Translations under genes and position numbers: made by a program
Notes under the pieces: generated by a model
Database searches by the model: none
Told to the model about the DNA's origin: nothing
What the model saw: the letters and a program-made list of their open reading frames with translations, nothing else
Shown here: positions 50,357 to 60,296 of the stretch, one piece after another
How the letters are laid out: each line of letters starts with the position of its first letter
Numbering within the stretch: position 1 is the stretch's first letter
NCBI GenBank assembly: GCA_963931685.1
Contig: OZ007038.1
Span: 529,964 to 593,963 of the forward strand
Length of the DNA: 64,000 nucleotides
Origin: an uncultured Bacilli bacterium
Lineage (GTDB): Bacteria > Bacillota_I > Bacilli_A > RF39 > UBA660
Reading direction: 5' to 3'

Positions 50357-51305
50357 TGTTGTTATTCCGGTATATAATGCTGAAAAACATATTGAAAAGA
50401 CAATTGACAGTTTATTAAATCAAACTTTTAAGGATATTGAATTTATATTTGTCAATGATGGTTCTAAGGATAAATCTTTAGAAATTTTGAGAGAATATGA
50501 AAAAAAAGATAATAGAGTTATTGTAATTGATCAAACTAATTCTGGACCTGGGGGTGCAAGAAATTCTGGTATATTAAAGGCTAGGGGAGAATATATCGGG
50601 TTTTTAGATAGTGATGATTTTGTAACCGAAAATATGTATGAAGCATTATATAATAAAGCAAAAGATAAAAATTTTGATATTGTAGAATGCGATTTTAGGT
50701 ATACTGATGGTAATAAAACTTGGGAGGGTATACATGATTTAAATAGTGATATACTTTCTTTACAAGAGAAAAAAAAATATATGATTCGTATGTATCCTGT
50801 TTTATGGAATAAAATTTATAAATATAATAAAGTAAAACAAATATTTTTTACTGAAGGGGTATTTGCAGAAGACGTTGAGTATTTATATCGTGTTATGCCT
50901 GCGATTAATACTATCGGTTATGTGAATAATACATATTATTATTATTATCAAAGGCCTGATTCTGAATCAAATAGTTATGGCCAAAAACTTTATGATTATA
51001 TTACTAATTTTAACAGTTTGGTTGATTACTATAAAAAGAATGGAATTTACAATGAATATAAAGATGAGATTGAATATTGTTATGTTCGCTATAATTATGC
51101 AACCTTTATTAAAAGAGCTACTATTTTTGATAAAAATCAATATGTGAAAGCCACAAATATAGTTATGAAAAATGTTAAGGAGAAATTTCCAAATTATAAA
51201 AAAAATAAATATATAAATCAATTGAGTTTTAAGAATATATATTTGAAATATTTTAATAAATTTTTGGCTAATGTTGTTTATTTAATTGAAAATAGAAAAA
51301 TATAA
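50340..51305 (+). CDS. GT2 glycosyltransferase
   Basis: VSVVIPVYNAEKHI, FVNDGSKDKS and LDSDD. The start at 50340 (MMVKV) is preferred over the track's 50301, which overlaps the upstream gene. Confidence 0.8.
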   Translation: MMVKVSVVIPVYNAEKHIEKTIDSLLNQTFKDIEFIFVNDGSKDKSLEILREYEKKDNRVIVIDQTNSGPGGARNSGILKARGEYIGFLDSDDFVTENMYEALYNKAKDKNFDIVECDFRYTDGNKTWEGIHDLNSDILSLQEKKKYMIRMYPVLWNKIYKYNKVKQIFFTEGVFAEDVEYLYRVMPAINTIGYVNNTYYYYYQRPDSESNSYGQKLYDYITNFNSLVDYYKKNGIYNEYKDEIEYCYVRYNYATFIKRATIFDKNQYVKATNIVMKNVKEKFPNYKKNKYINQLSFKNIYLKYFNKFLANVVYLIENRKI

Positions 51306-51306
51306 T

Positions 51307-53076
51307 ATGGAATTTTTTTATAGTTTTTTTGAAAAATATGTTATTTTGAAAGTAGGGATTGTAATGTCTAATTTTTTGATAAATTTAAAAGGTTTTTTAA
51401 AAAATAATGTTCAATTTTTTATAATTTTAGGTGTTTCTTTCTTTTTAATGAGTTTTACTTTATTTGAAAAAATTGCTTGGGGTAATGATTATCCATTCCA
51501 TATTGCTAATATTTTATCTTTGGATAACAATATAACTCCAACATTATTTGATTTTGCGTTTTCTAAAATTACTAATATTGCTGGGTTTGGACTAGGGTAT
51601 GGGACTTATATTTTTTATCCAATATTATCTCATTTATTTACAGCTTATACTTTTATTTTCACGAAGATAATAGGTCTTAATTTGCCACAAACAATGGAAT
51701 TTGTTAAGATGATGGTTTTATTTTTCTCTGGTTTAACGATCTATTTTTTAGTAAAAAAAATATCTAACAACAAGAATGTTGGTCTTATTAGTGCAATTTC
51801 TTATATGTGTGCACCTTACTTTTTGTCTGATATTTATGTTAGATGTGCATTTGCAGAAATTTTTACTTTTATTTTTATGCCTCTTATTTTAAATGGTTTA
51901 TATGAATTGGTATATGGTAATAAAGACAAATTTTTCCTTTATTTTATTATTGGATATCTTGGGTTAATGTTTTCTCATTTAGTAATGGCAGTATATTTCA
52001 TGTTTGTTGTTATATTGTTTTTAATATTTAATTTTAAAAAAGTTTTAACGAAAGAATGTATTATTCCTTTGATTATATCCAGCTTATTAATTTTATTAAT
52101 TGCTAGTTCTTTTTATGTACCTATGTTAGAACACAAAATTCTTGGTGATTATGTAGTTTTTCAAGATGGAGCTATGATAAATGATTTCCCAATTCAAACA
52201 GAAACTTTGTTTTTTAATAAATTTTTGTCTATAGGAACTGATAGCAAACATTTTATGCATTACGGATTTAATATAGTGATGATTTGTTTTGTTTTATATG
52301 TATTATTTAATTATAATAAAATATTTACCAATAAGAATATGAAATCATTTATTAAATTTTTATTATTTGCTTGTTTGATATTTATAATTTTAATATCATC
52401 AATATTTCCGTGGGATAAGATGCCAAGTATTTTACAAATGATTCAATTTCCATGGAGACTTTTGTCGTTTGTTATTTTGGGATTTAGTGTGATTGCTGGT
52501 TTTATTATTTTAGCTTTTCCTAAGTCACAACAAAAAATTGTAACTTTTGTTAGTGTAATTTTGCTTATGTTAATTGGGATATATTCTATTCCAACTGCAA
52601 ATTTAGCTCCACCAAATCTTCCTTCAGATATGGATGAGTGGGGAATGGGGGCTCAACATGAATATTTACCTGTAAATGCCAAAAAAAACGAAAATTATCT
52701 AAAAAATAGAGGTACTGATATTTTGGTTACTAAGGGTAAGGCTAATATTAAATTAATTGCTAATGAAGTTCCGTATTTAAAGGCTCAAATTGAATTAAAA
52801 TCTGATGAGGTTGTTTTGGAATTGCCTAGAATATATTATTTAGGTTATCATATTGACTTTATTGTTAATAATAAACATAAAGAAATTGATTATAAGGAAA
52901 ACAAAAATGGATTAATAGAAGTGACATTGGCTGAAAGTGGAACATTAATTGTTAATTATACTGGCACTAAATTAGATAAGATATGTAATTTTATTTCTTT
53001 CAGTTCTGTTTTATTTATTTTTATATATTTAATATATAAAAATAAATATATAAAGAGAAAATTTAACCATAATTAG
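51307..53076 (+). CDS. Polytopic membrane protein with a C-terminal soluble domain, GT-C-like (candidate polyprenyl-phospho-sugar-dependent glycosyltransferase)
   Basis: About 13 TM helices followed by a ~160-aa soluble C-terminal region. The ATG at 51307 lies directly after the upstream stop. Confidence 0.4.
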   Translation: MEFFYSFFEKYVILKVGIVMSNFLINLKGFLKNNVQFFIILGVSFFLMSFTLFEKIAWGNDYPFHIANILSLDNNITPTLFDFAFSKITNIAGFGLGYGTYIFYPILSHLFTAYTFIFTKIIGLNLPQTMEFVKMMVLFFSGLTIYFLVKKISNNKNVGLISAISYMCAPYFLSDIYVRCAFAEIFTFIFMPLILNGLYELVYGNKDKFFLYFIIGYLGLMFSHLVMAVYFMFVVILFLIFNFKKVLTKECIIPLIISSLLILLIASSFYVPMLEHKILGDYVVFQDGAMINDFPIQTETLFFNKFLSIGTDSKHFMHYGFNIVMICFVLYVLFNYNKIFTNKNMKSFIKFLLFACLIFIILISSIFPWDKMPSILQMIQFPWRLLSFVILGFSVIAGFIILAFPKSQQKIVTFVSVILLMLIGIYSIPTANLAPPNLPSDMDEWGMGAQHEYLPVNAKKNENYLKNRGTDILVTKGKANIKLIANEVPYLKAQIELKSDEVVLELPRIYYLGYHIDFIVNNKHKEIDYKENKNGLIEVTLAESGTLIVNYTGTKLDKICNFISFSSVLFIFIYLIYKNKYIKRKFNHN

Positions 53077-53201
53077 ATTAAATTATGAAGTTTAATGAAA
53101 GGCAGTGTTGTATTTGATGTTATAAAATTTATTACCACTATTTTGTTATAATTAATATTTGTTATTATTTTTCTTAGTAAATGATTTGTCTTTAAAGAGA
53201 G

Positions 53202-54056
53202 TTGGATATTATGGAATATTTAAAGTTAATTAGAGTAAAGCATTATTTGAAAAATTTTTTAGTTTTTTTACCTGCTATTTTTAGTGCTATGCTATTTGAT
53301 TCTAATGTTTTATTTAAAGTGATAATAATGTTTTTTGCTTTTTCTTTTACTAGCAGTATTATTTATGTTATTAATGATATTAATGATATAGAAAGTGATA
53401 GAAAACATCCTATAAAGAAAAATAGACCACTTGCTAGTGGTAAGGTTTCTAAAAAGGTAGCTATTATTACTATTATTATACTGGTTTTATTAATTACTGG
53501 TTTGTTATATTTTGCTAATCTTTTATTTGATTTTAGTTCATTAATTTTAATTGTTTATTTTATTATTAATTTAGGATATAGTTTTGGGTTAAAGAATATT
53601 CCATTAGTTGATATTACAATACTTGCTTTAGGTTTTGTGCTTAGAGTTACTTATGGTGGAGTAGGGCTTGGTATTGAAATTTCTAATTGGCTATTTTTAA
53701 CAATACTCTCTATCTCTTTTTATATGGCTTTTGGAAAAAGAAGAAATGAACTTATAAAAAATGGTAGTAATTCTCGTAAGGTTTTAAAAAGTTATAATAA
53801 GGATTTTTTGGATAAAAATATGTATATGTTTTTAGCTTTAACTATAGTTTTTTATTCATTATGGGCTGTTAGTGCATTTAATAATGAATTTTTCAAATAT
53901 TCTATTATTTTAGTGATTGTTATTTTACTTAAATATTGTATGGATGTAGAGGATGATAATTTTGGTGATCCTATTGAAGTAATTACTCATGATAAGGTTT
54001 TATTAGTTTTAGGGGCTTTGTATATTATTTTTGTTTTTAGTTCTATTTATTTTTAA
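53202..54056 (+). CDS. UbiA-family polyprenyl-phosphate phosphoribosyltransferase-like protein (DPPR-synthase-like)
   Basis: The UbiA motif NDINDIESDRKHPIKKNRPLASG (NDxxDxxxD...RPLxSG) and about eight TM helices. Confidence 0.65.
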   Translation: MDIMEYLKLIRVKHYLKNFLVFLPAIFSAMLFDSNVLFKVIIMFFAFSFTSSIIYVINDINDIESDRKHPIKKNRPLASGKVSKKVAIITIIILVLLITGLLYFANLLFDFSSLILIVYFIINLGYSFGLKNIPLVDITILALGFVLRVTYGGVGLGIEISNWLFLTILSISFYMAFGKRRNELIKNGSNSRKVLKSYNKDFLDKNMYMFLALTIVFYSLWAVSAFNNEFFKYSIILVIVILLKYCMDVEDDNFGDPIEVITHDKVLLVLGALYIIFVFSSIYF

Positions 54057-54256
54057 ATTATATGTGTGATGTTTTGGTGTTGAGAATGTCGCAAAAAAGA
54101 TAATATTATTTTTGTGTAATTTTTATAATTATATTTATGAATCCAATTAATAATTATGCTTAAAAAACTAGAATTTTTTTTTATTGACTTTGATTTTTTC
54201 TTTATTATATAATGGTTATAAAGAATAAATGGGCAACTTTAGTTAGGAGTCTTCAT

Positions 54257-55363
54257 ATGAAAGTTAGACAGTCAAATTTTGAACTTATGCGAATTTTATC
54301 AATGATTTTAATTATTATTTATCATATTTTATTGCATGGCAGGGTTTTAGATAATACTACCGGTGTTTTGCATTTGTTTTTTATTTTAATAATGTCATTT
54401 ACTTTAGTTCATGTTAATTCATTTGTATTGCTTGCTGGATATTTTAATTATAATAAAGATTTTTCTTGGAAAAAGTTTTTTAAATCCTTTAATCAAGCTT
54501 GGTTTTATCAGATTGTGATAGTTTTACTTGCTTTTTTTACTGGGTTGGAAACTTTTTCTAAAATTGATTTAGTGAATTATTTATCACCATTTTATAATGC
54601 ATATTGGTATGTTGTTTGTTATTTGTGTTTATATTTACTCTCACCTTTTTTAAATAGGTTAATTAGTAATTTGAATCAAAAAGAACATAAAAGACTCATT
54701 ATTATACTTTTGTTTCTTTTTAGTTTTATTCCTTTCATTACAAATCAAGAATCGATTGTTAATAGGGGACTTACATTAGTTAATTTTATTATGTTATATT
54801 TTATAGGGGCTTATTTAAAAAAATACTCTATTAGTGAAAATTTTCATTTTAAAAATTATTCAAAAAATAAATTACAAATTATTTTGTTTTTAGGTTTTAT
54901 TTGCTTTGGAATACTTCATTTTATTGGATTTCAACTTGGAATAGAAGCAACGGAATATGATAATTCCTTGTTAATAAGAATTGGAAACATATTAGAGACT
55001 TCATTTCGAACTTATAGTGCCCCTTTTGTTATATGTATGTCTATTTGTTATTTCTTGTGGTTTAGCACTTTAAATATTAAAAGTAAGGTTATTAATTTTA
55101 TTGCTTCTTTAATATTTGGTGTTTACTTGATTCATGATAACAATGTTATAAGAAATCATTTATATTATTGGTTAGATATTAATAATGATATTTTAATTAC
55201 TTCTTATTCTATTATTTTTAAAATTTTTGTTTCTTCAGTTATTATATTTGTTAGTTGTATTATTATTGAATATATTAGACAGAAGCTATTTAGTTTTGTT
55301 AAAAAAAGAAAAGTATATATAAAGTGTAGAGATAAGGTTTTAAATTATATTAAAGGTATATAA
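54257..55363 (+). CDS. Acyltransferase-3 family membrane O-acyltransferase (OatA/WecH-like, without a fused SGNH domain)
   Basis: MKVRQSNFELMRILSMILIIIYHIL is the conserved acyltransferase_3 N-terminus. It has about 10 TM helices, RBS TAGGAG before 54257, and a promoter TTGACT...TATATAAT upstream. Confidence 0.75.
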   Translation: MKVRQSNFELMRILSMILIIIYHILLHGRVLDNTTGVLHLFFILIMSFTLVHVNSFVLLAGYFNYNKDFSWKKFFKSFNQAWFYQIVIVLLAFFTGLETFSKIDLVNYLSPFYNAYWYVVCYLCLYLLSPFLNRLISNLNQKEHKRLIIILLFLFSFIPFITNQESIVNRGLTLVNFIMLYFIGAYLKKYSISENFHFKNYSKNKLQIILFLGFICFGILHFIGFQLGIEATEYDNSLLIRIGNILETSFRTYSAPFVICMSICYFLWFSTLNIKSKVINFIASLIFGVYLIHDNNVIRNHLYYWLDINNDILITSYSIIFKIFVSSVIIFVSCIIIEYIRQKLFSFVKKRKVYIKCRDKVLNYIKGI

Positions 55364-55386
55364 AAAGGTTATTTTAGATAACCTTT

Positions 55387-56379
55387 TTAATTTTCTGCTT
55401 CTTCTAACATGTTTGTTATAAAGATACCATAACCTTTATGAGGATTATTAATTACTACATGAGTTACTGCACCTATTATTTTGTCTCCTTGAATAATAGG
55501 GGAACCACTCATTCCTTGAATAATTCCGTTTGTTTTGTTTAATAGATTTTTGTCAGTTATTTCAAATATAAAATTTTTGTTTTTTTGTTTTTCCTTGTTA
55601 AGGCTTGTAATATTTATTTCATATTCTTTTACTTCGGTACCATTTAAAACGGTTAGAATTTTTGCTTTTCCTTTTTTTATTTCATTTGGTTTAGCTACTT
55701 TATAGGTTTTATTATTCTTGATTTCAGCTGTATATTCACCAAAGATTCCCTGGGTTGTATTTTCTTCTACATTACCTGTGGTATTTGTTTTATCATATTC
55801 GGCCTTTTTTTCACCCGGTGATCCATCAGTGCTTGGTAAGACTCCAGTTACTTTAGAGGTGAATATTGTACCATCTTCAACTTCAAATATCTGTCCTGTT
55901 GTTTGTTCTTGAATTTCATGACCTAAAGCTCCAAATTTTTTTGTGTTTGGATCAATAAAAGTTAATGTTCCAATACCTGTTACGCTATCTTTAACATAAA
56001 GTCCAGTTTTATAGATATTATTTTCATCTTTATATAAATTTAAAATGGTTTCTTTTTCTTTGTTATTTCTTAAATAACTTATATTTATTTTGTTATCTTG
56101 AACTTTATTGATTTGAGTTGCCATTTCTTCAATTGTTGAAACTTTATTACCATTTATTTTCGTGATAATGTCTCCTGTTTTTAAACCAGCTTCTTTAGCA
56201 GGAGATGCATTTTTTACTTCATATGTTCCAACAATTAAAATACCTTTTGAGTTTAAGGTTATACCAATATTTTGCCCTCCAACTATTATTTTATCTGAAT
56301 AGGCAAATACATTTATTGGTATAATAAAAAGGAAAAGTATAAGCAAGAAGATTGATTTTTTTAAATTTTTAATAAGCAA
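55387..56379 (-). CDS. SpoIVB-like S55 serine peptidase with a PDZ domain
   Basis: Signal/TM segment, then a PDZ domain (PAKEAGLKTGDIITKINGNKV), then GIGTLTFIDPNTKKFGALGHEI, which matches the SpoIVB catalytic region. Confidence 0.7.
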   Translation of the reverse strand: MLIKNLKKSIFLLILFLFIIPINVFAYSDKIIVGGQNIGITLNSKGILIVGTYEVKNASPAKEAGLKTGDIITKINGNKVSTIEEMATQINKVQDNKINISYLRNNKEKETILNLYKDENNIYKTGLYVKDSVTGIGTLTFIDPNTKKFGALGHEIQEQTTGQIFEVEDGTIFTSKVTGVLPSTDGSPGEKKAEYDKTNTTGNVEENTTQGIFGEYTAEIKNNKTYKVAKPNEIKKGKAKILTVLNGTEVKEYEINITSLNKEKQKNKNFIFEITDKNLLNKTNGIIQGMSGSPIIQGDKIIGAVTHVVINNPHKGYGIFITNMLEEAEN

Positions 56380-56507
56380 AGAATCATCTCCTAATTTAAA
56401 TCAGACTACATTATTATTATGGAATAAAGATAATAAAATACAAGTAGTATTTTATGGAAAATATTTTATTTATTTTGTAAATGTGGTAATATATTTATGG
56501 TGGTTCT

Positions 56508-57392
56508 ATGATTTTAAAATTTTGTGAAGACAATTTTTTATTTTTTATCACTCACACAAAATATTTTGATATTTTGTGTTTATTTGTTATTCTATTTTTT
56601 ATTGTTTTGTTTTTTCTTGTTCAAAAAGATGAATTTTTACAGAAATTTAAAAATAATGATTTTAAACGATTTTTAACTATTTTGTCTTTAGGTTTGTTTA
56701 CTGGTTTTTTTGTTTTTTTGTTTGTTTGGATTTTAAATGCTAAATCATTTAATGGGTGTTCAACTAAGTTTAATATGAATATTTATACTAAAATTAAAAA
56801 TAATGTTAGTTTGACTACAAAAAAAATTGATTCTAGTATGATTATTATAATTGGGGATTCTAGAATGGAATTTATTAAAAATGATAAAAATATTCAATTA
56901 CCACGCAATGTAGAAATAGTGGCAAAAAGTGGTGCTTCGCTTGAATGGTTTGAGGAGTATGGATTAAAAGAAACAAAAAAAATTGTTTCTAAAAACAAAA
57001 ATGAATTTGATAATATATTTATAGTTGTTAATATGGGTGTTAATGATGTGCTATATATATCTGAATATATGAAAAATGCAGATTATTATTTTGCAGATTA
57101 TTTGGAGCTAGCGGAATATAATTCTAAAATAGATTTATATGTATTATCAGTTAATCCAATAATGGAAAAAAAACTAAAAAAATATAAACCACAAATTGTT
57201 CGAACAAATACAGAAATTGACAAGTTTAATAAAAGCTTAACAAAGAAAATATCTGATGCGAAAAGTGATAATATTTTTTATTGTGATTCAAATAATGAAT
57301 TAAATTTTGATACAGATGATGGACTACATTACACTAGAGAAACAAATAGAAATATTATTAATTATATAGTTAATAAATGCGTAAAATATTAA
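56508..57392 (+). CDS. Membrane-anchored SGNH/GDSL hydrolase
   Basis: N-terminal TM segment and the GDS block IIIGDSRMEF. Confidence 0.6.
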   Translation: MILKFCEDNFLFFITHTKYFDILCLFVILFFIVLFFLVQKDEFLQKFKNNDFKRFLTILSLGLFTGFFVFLFVWILNAKSFNGCSTKFNMNIYTKIKNNVSLTTKKIDSSMIIIIGDSRMEFIKNDKNIQLPRNVEIVAKSGASLEWFEEYGLKETKKIVSKNKNEFDNIFIVVNMGVNDVLYISEYMKNADYYFADYLELAEYNSKIDLYVLSVNPIMEKKLKKYKPQIVRTNTEIDKFNKSLTKKISDAKSDNIFYCDSNNELNFDTDDGLHYTRETNRNIINYIVNKCVKY

Positions 57393-57400
57393 AGCGTCTA

Positions 57401-57436
57401 CTTGATTTTAAGTAAACGCTTTTTATACATAAACAA
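57401..57436. terminator. Rho-independent terminator after the SGNH hydrolase gene
   Basis: AAAGCGT-c-TACTT-gatttt-AAGTA-a-ACGCTTT followed by TT. Confidence 0.65.
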
Positions 57437-57600
57437 ATAGACCTGCTATAAAGAATGCTATTATACCAATAAGCATAATCCATACTGCAATTTTTTGTAC
57501 TTTAGGATTCACGATTATCACCTCTAGATAATTATATAATATTTTTTCTTTTTTTGGAATATTTTTTATTCAAAAGAGTATAATTTGATGAGGGATAAAT

Positions 57601-58230
57601 ATGAAAAAATACATGGACAAGTTAAAAAGTAATATTCGCATTAATAAAAAATTATTTGTTTTTTTAGTTGTAATAGTAGCTGTTGGAGTGGCTTCTGGTA
57701 GTATTTTTGTTACATTATTGAATGATAGCGATAAAGCACTTGTAAGTAATTATTTAAAAAATTTTTTGGAAAATTTAAATAATAATAGTTTAAATTATAA
57801 TAGTACTTTAATTAACACAATTATTTTTACTTTAGGCTTAGCTTTTCTTATTTGGATTTTAGGTATATCTGTTATTGGCTTTATTTTGATTTTGTTACTT
57901 TTGTTTATTAAATCGTTTTCTTTAGGTTTCTCAATAGCTAGCATTATTATTAATTTTAATTTTAAAGGTATTTTAATTGCAGGAGCTTATGTGATTCCTC
58001 ATCATATAATTAATTTGATGATTTATTTATTGATTTCTTCATATGCTTTGATTTTATCTTATAGGCTAATAAATAGTTTTACAAAAAAGAAGAATTTTGA
58101 TTTTAAAGGCATTTTTAATAGGTATATATTTATATTATTTTTCTCCTTAATTATACTTTTATTTAGTGTTTTTTATGAGGTCTATTTTGCACCTAGATTG
58201 ATTGATATTATTGTAAATTTATTAACTTAA
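57601..58230 (+). CDS. spoIIM: Stage II sporulation protein M family membrane protein
   Basis: A 209-aa protein with SpoIIM-like topology and a conserved N-terminus MKKY..KL...I..NKKLF. Confidence 0.6.
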   Translation: MKKYMDKLKSNIRINKKLFVFLVVIVAVGVASGSIFVTLLNDSDKALVSNYLKNFLENLNNNSLNYNSTLINTIIFTLGLAFLIWILGISVIGFILILLLLFIKSFSLGFSIASIIINFNFKGILIAGAYVIPHHIINLMIYLLISSYALILSYRLINSFTKKKNFDFKGIFNRYIFILFFSLIILLFSVFYEVYFAPRLIDIIVNLLT

Positions 58231-58280
58231 ATATAGCATTTGTGCTATATTTTTTGTATAATTATTATGGAAGTGATGTT

Positions 58281-59369
58281 ATGGCAAAAGTTGTAGTTGG
58301 AATGAGTGGGGGAGTAGATAGTAGTGTAGCTGCTATTTTGCTTCAAAAACAAGGTTACGAAGTTATTGGACTTTTTATGCGTAATTGGGATAGTACTATT
58401 AATAATGACTTTTTAGGTAATCCTAATGATTTAAATGACATATGTCCGCAAGAAAAAGATTATAACGATGCTTTAAAGGTTTGTAATAAATTAGGTATTC
58501 CTCTAAGAAGAGTAGATTTTGTTAAAGAATATTGGGATTATGTTTTTACTTATTTTTTAGATGAGTTAAAAAAAGGAAGAACACCTAATCCAGATGTAAT
58601 GTGCAACAAATATATTAAATTTGATATGTTTGCAAAAGAAGCTTTTAAACTAGGCGCTGATTATATTGCGACTGGTCATTATGCTAGATTAATTGATGGT
58701 AAATTATATAAAGGACTTGATAAAAATAAAGATCAGACATATTTTTTATCGCAAGTTTCTAAAAAACAGTTAGAAAAAGTTTTATTTCCAGTAGGGGAGT
58801 TACAAAAGAGTGAAGTTAGAAAGATTGCTCATGAATATGATTTAATTACTGCTGATAAAAAAGATTCAACTGGTATATGTTTTATTGGTGAACGTAATTT
58901 TAAGAAGTTTTTAGAAAATTATTTACCAAATAATCCTGGTGATATTGTAAATATTGATACTGGTGAGGTTTTAGGCAAACATATTGGGCTTATGTATTAT
59001 ACAATTGGTCAAAGAAGAGGTCTTAATATTGGTGGTACTAAAGATAGAACATTTGTTTGTAAAAAAGATTTAGATAAAAACATTTTATATGTGGCCATGG
59101 GTGATGAAAATAAATATTTAATGAGTTATGCAGCTGAGATTGAGGATGTTAATTTATTAGATGAATTACCTACTAAATGTATGGCTAAATTTAGATATAG
59201 ACAGGAAGATAATGAGGTTTATACTGAAAAGTTAGAGAATGGAAATGTTTTAGTTAAATATCCTCGTGGTGTTAAAGCGGTTACTGAAGGACAAGCTTGT
59301 GTATTTTATAATGATGATGAATGCTTGGGTGGCGGAATTATTAAAAAAGTTTATAAGGAGAAGAATTAG
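58281..59369 (+). CDS. mnmA: tRNA-specific 2-thiouridylase
   Basis: [18 protein letters not shown] (PP-loop), the CNKYIKF Cys motif, and the C-terminal domain. Confidence 0.9.
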   Translation: MAKVVVGMSGGVDSSVAAILLQKQGYEVIGLFMRNWDSTINNDFLGNPNDLNDICPQEKDYNDALKVCNKLGIPLRRVDFVKEYWDYVFTYFLDELKKGRTPNPDVMCNKYIKFDMFAKEAFKLGADYIATGHYARLIDGKLYKGLDKNKDQTYFLSQVSKKQLEKVLFPVGELQKSEVRKIAHEYDLITADKKDSTGICFIGERNFKKFLENYLPNNPGDIVNIDTGEVLGKHIGLMYYTIGQRRGLNIGGTKDRTFVCKKDLDKNILYVAMGDENKYLMSYAAEIEDVNLLDELPTKCMAKFRYRQEDNEVYTEKLENGNVLVKYPRGVKAVTEGQACVFYNDDECLGGGIIKKVYKEKN

Positions 59370-59374
59370 TTTTT

Positions 59375-59779
59375 ATGATGGAGTTACTTAAAAAATATAA
59401 ATTTATAATTTTGTATGGTATTTTTGGCGTTTTAACGACAGTTATTAATATTGCTGTTTATGGAATGTTTTATAGTGTATTTGATGTTTCAAATGTCATT
59501 AGTAATATTATCGCTTGGGTAATATCAGTGCTTTTTGCTTTTATTACTAATAAACTTTGGGTGTTTGAAAGTAAGAGTTTTGACATTAAATTATTTATGA
59601 AAGAACTTGGAAGTTTTACTTTATGTAGAGTTACAACTGGAGTTTTAGATTTAGGGATTATGTTTGTTGGTGTTGATTTATTAAAAGGTCCTGCTATGAT
59701 TTTAAAAGTTGTATCTAATGTTATAGTGATAATTTTAAATTATATAATGAGTAAATTATTTGTATTTAAAAAGAAATAG
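59375..59779 (+). CDS. GtrA-family small membrane protein
   Basis: A 134-aa protein with four TM helices and the GtrA signature ...AWVISVLFAFITNKLWVF. Confidence 0.7.
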   Translation: MMELLKKYKFIILYGIFGVLTTVINIAVYGMFYSVFDVSNVISNIIAWVISVLFAFITNKLWVFESKSFDIKLFMKELGSFTLCRVTTGVLDLGIMFVGVDLLKGPAMILKVVSNVIVIILNYIMSKLFVFKKK

Positions 59780-59855
59780 TTCATTTTATGAACTTTTTTT
59801 CTATAGTAATTGAAATTCTTTAAAAAATAAGATAAAATATTTAATTATTAGGAGG

Positions 59856-60296
59856 ATGGGATTTATGTATGTTTTGTTTACTTTATTTATTCCAAGTATC
59901 ATTGGGGTTAGAATAATTAACTATTTTAATAAAAATTTAAAAATTAAAGATATACTATACAATTATATCACTTTACTTTTATTTTCTTTTATTATAAATA
60001 TGTTTATTATGTTTAATTTTTTTGGGGTAAAAGAAGATATTTTTGATGCTTTAAATTCTAATATAATGTTATTTATTTGGATGAGTTTAATTTCTATTGC
60101 TGTAAATATTATTTTATGTTTTATTGGTTTAGTGATTCAAAAAAATATTGAGTTTAAAATAGAGGTTGTAGAAAATGAAGTTAAAACTAAAACAGTTTCT
60201 AGTAATAATAATAAAATTAATACTAAAGATAGTAAAAATAGCAAAAAAACTAGGAAAACTGTTTCTAAAACTGTTAAGAAAGATAAAGATAAGTAG
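59856..60296 (+). CDS. Small membrane protein with a Lys-rich C-terminal tail (hypothetical)
   Basis: A 146-aa protein with about four TM helices, then KTKTVSSNNNKINTKDSKNSKKTRKTVSKTVKKDKDK. Confidence 0.35.
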   Translation: MGFMYVLFTLFIPSIIGVRIINYFNKNLKIKDILYNYITLLLFSFIINMFIMFNFFGVKEDIFDALNSNIMLFIWMSLISIAVNIILCFIGLVIQKNIEFKIEVVENEVKTKTVSSNNNKINTKDSKNSKKTRKTVSKTVKKDKDK

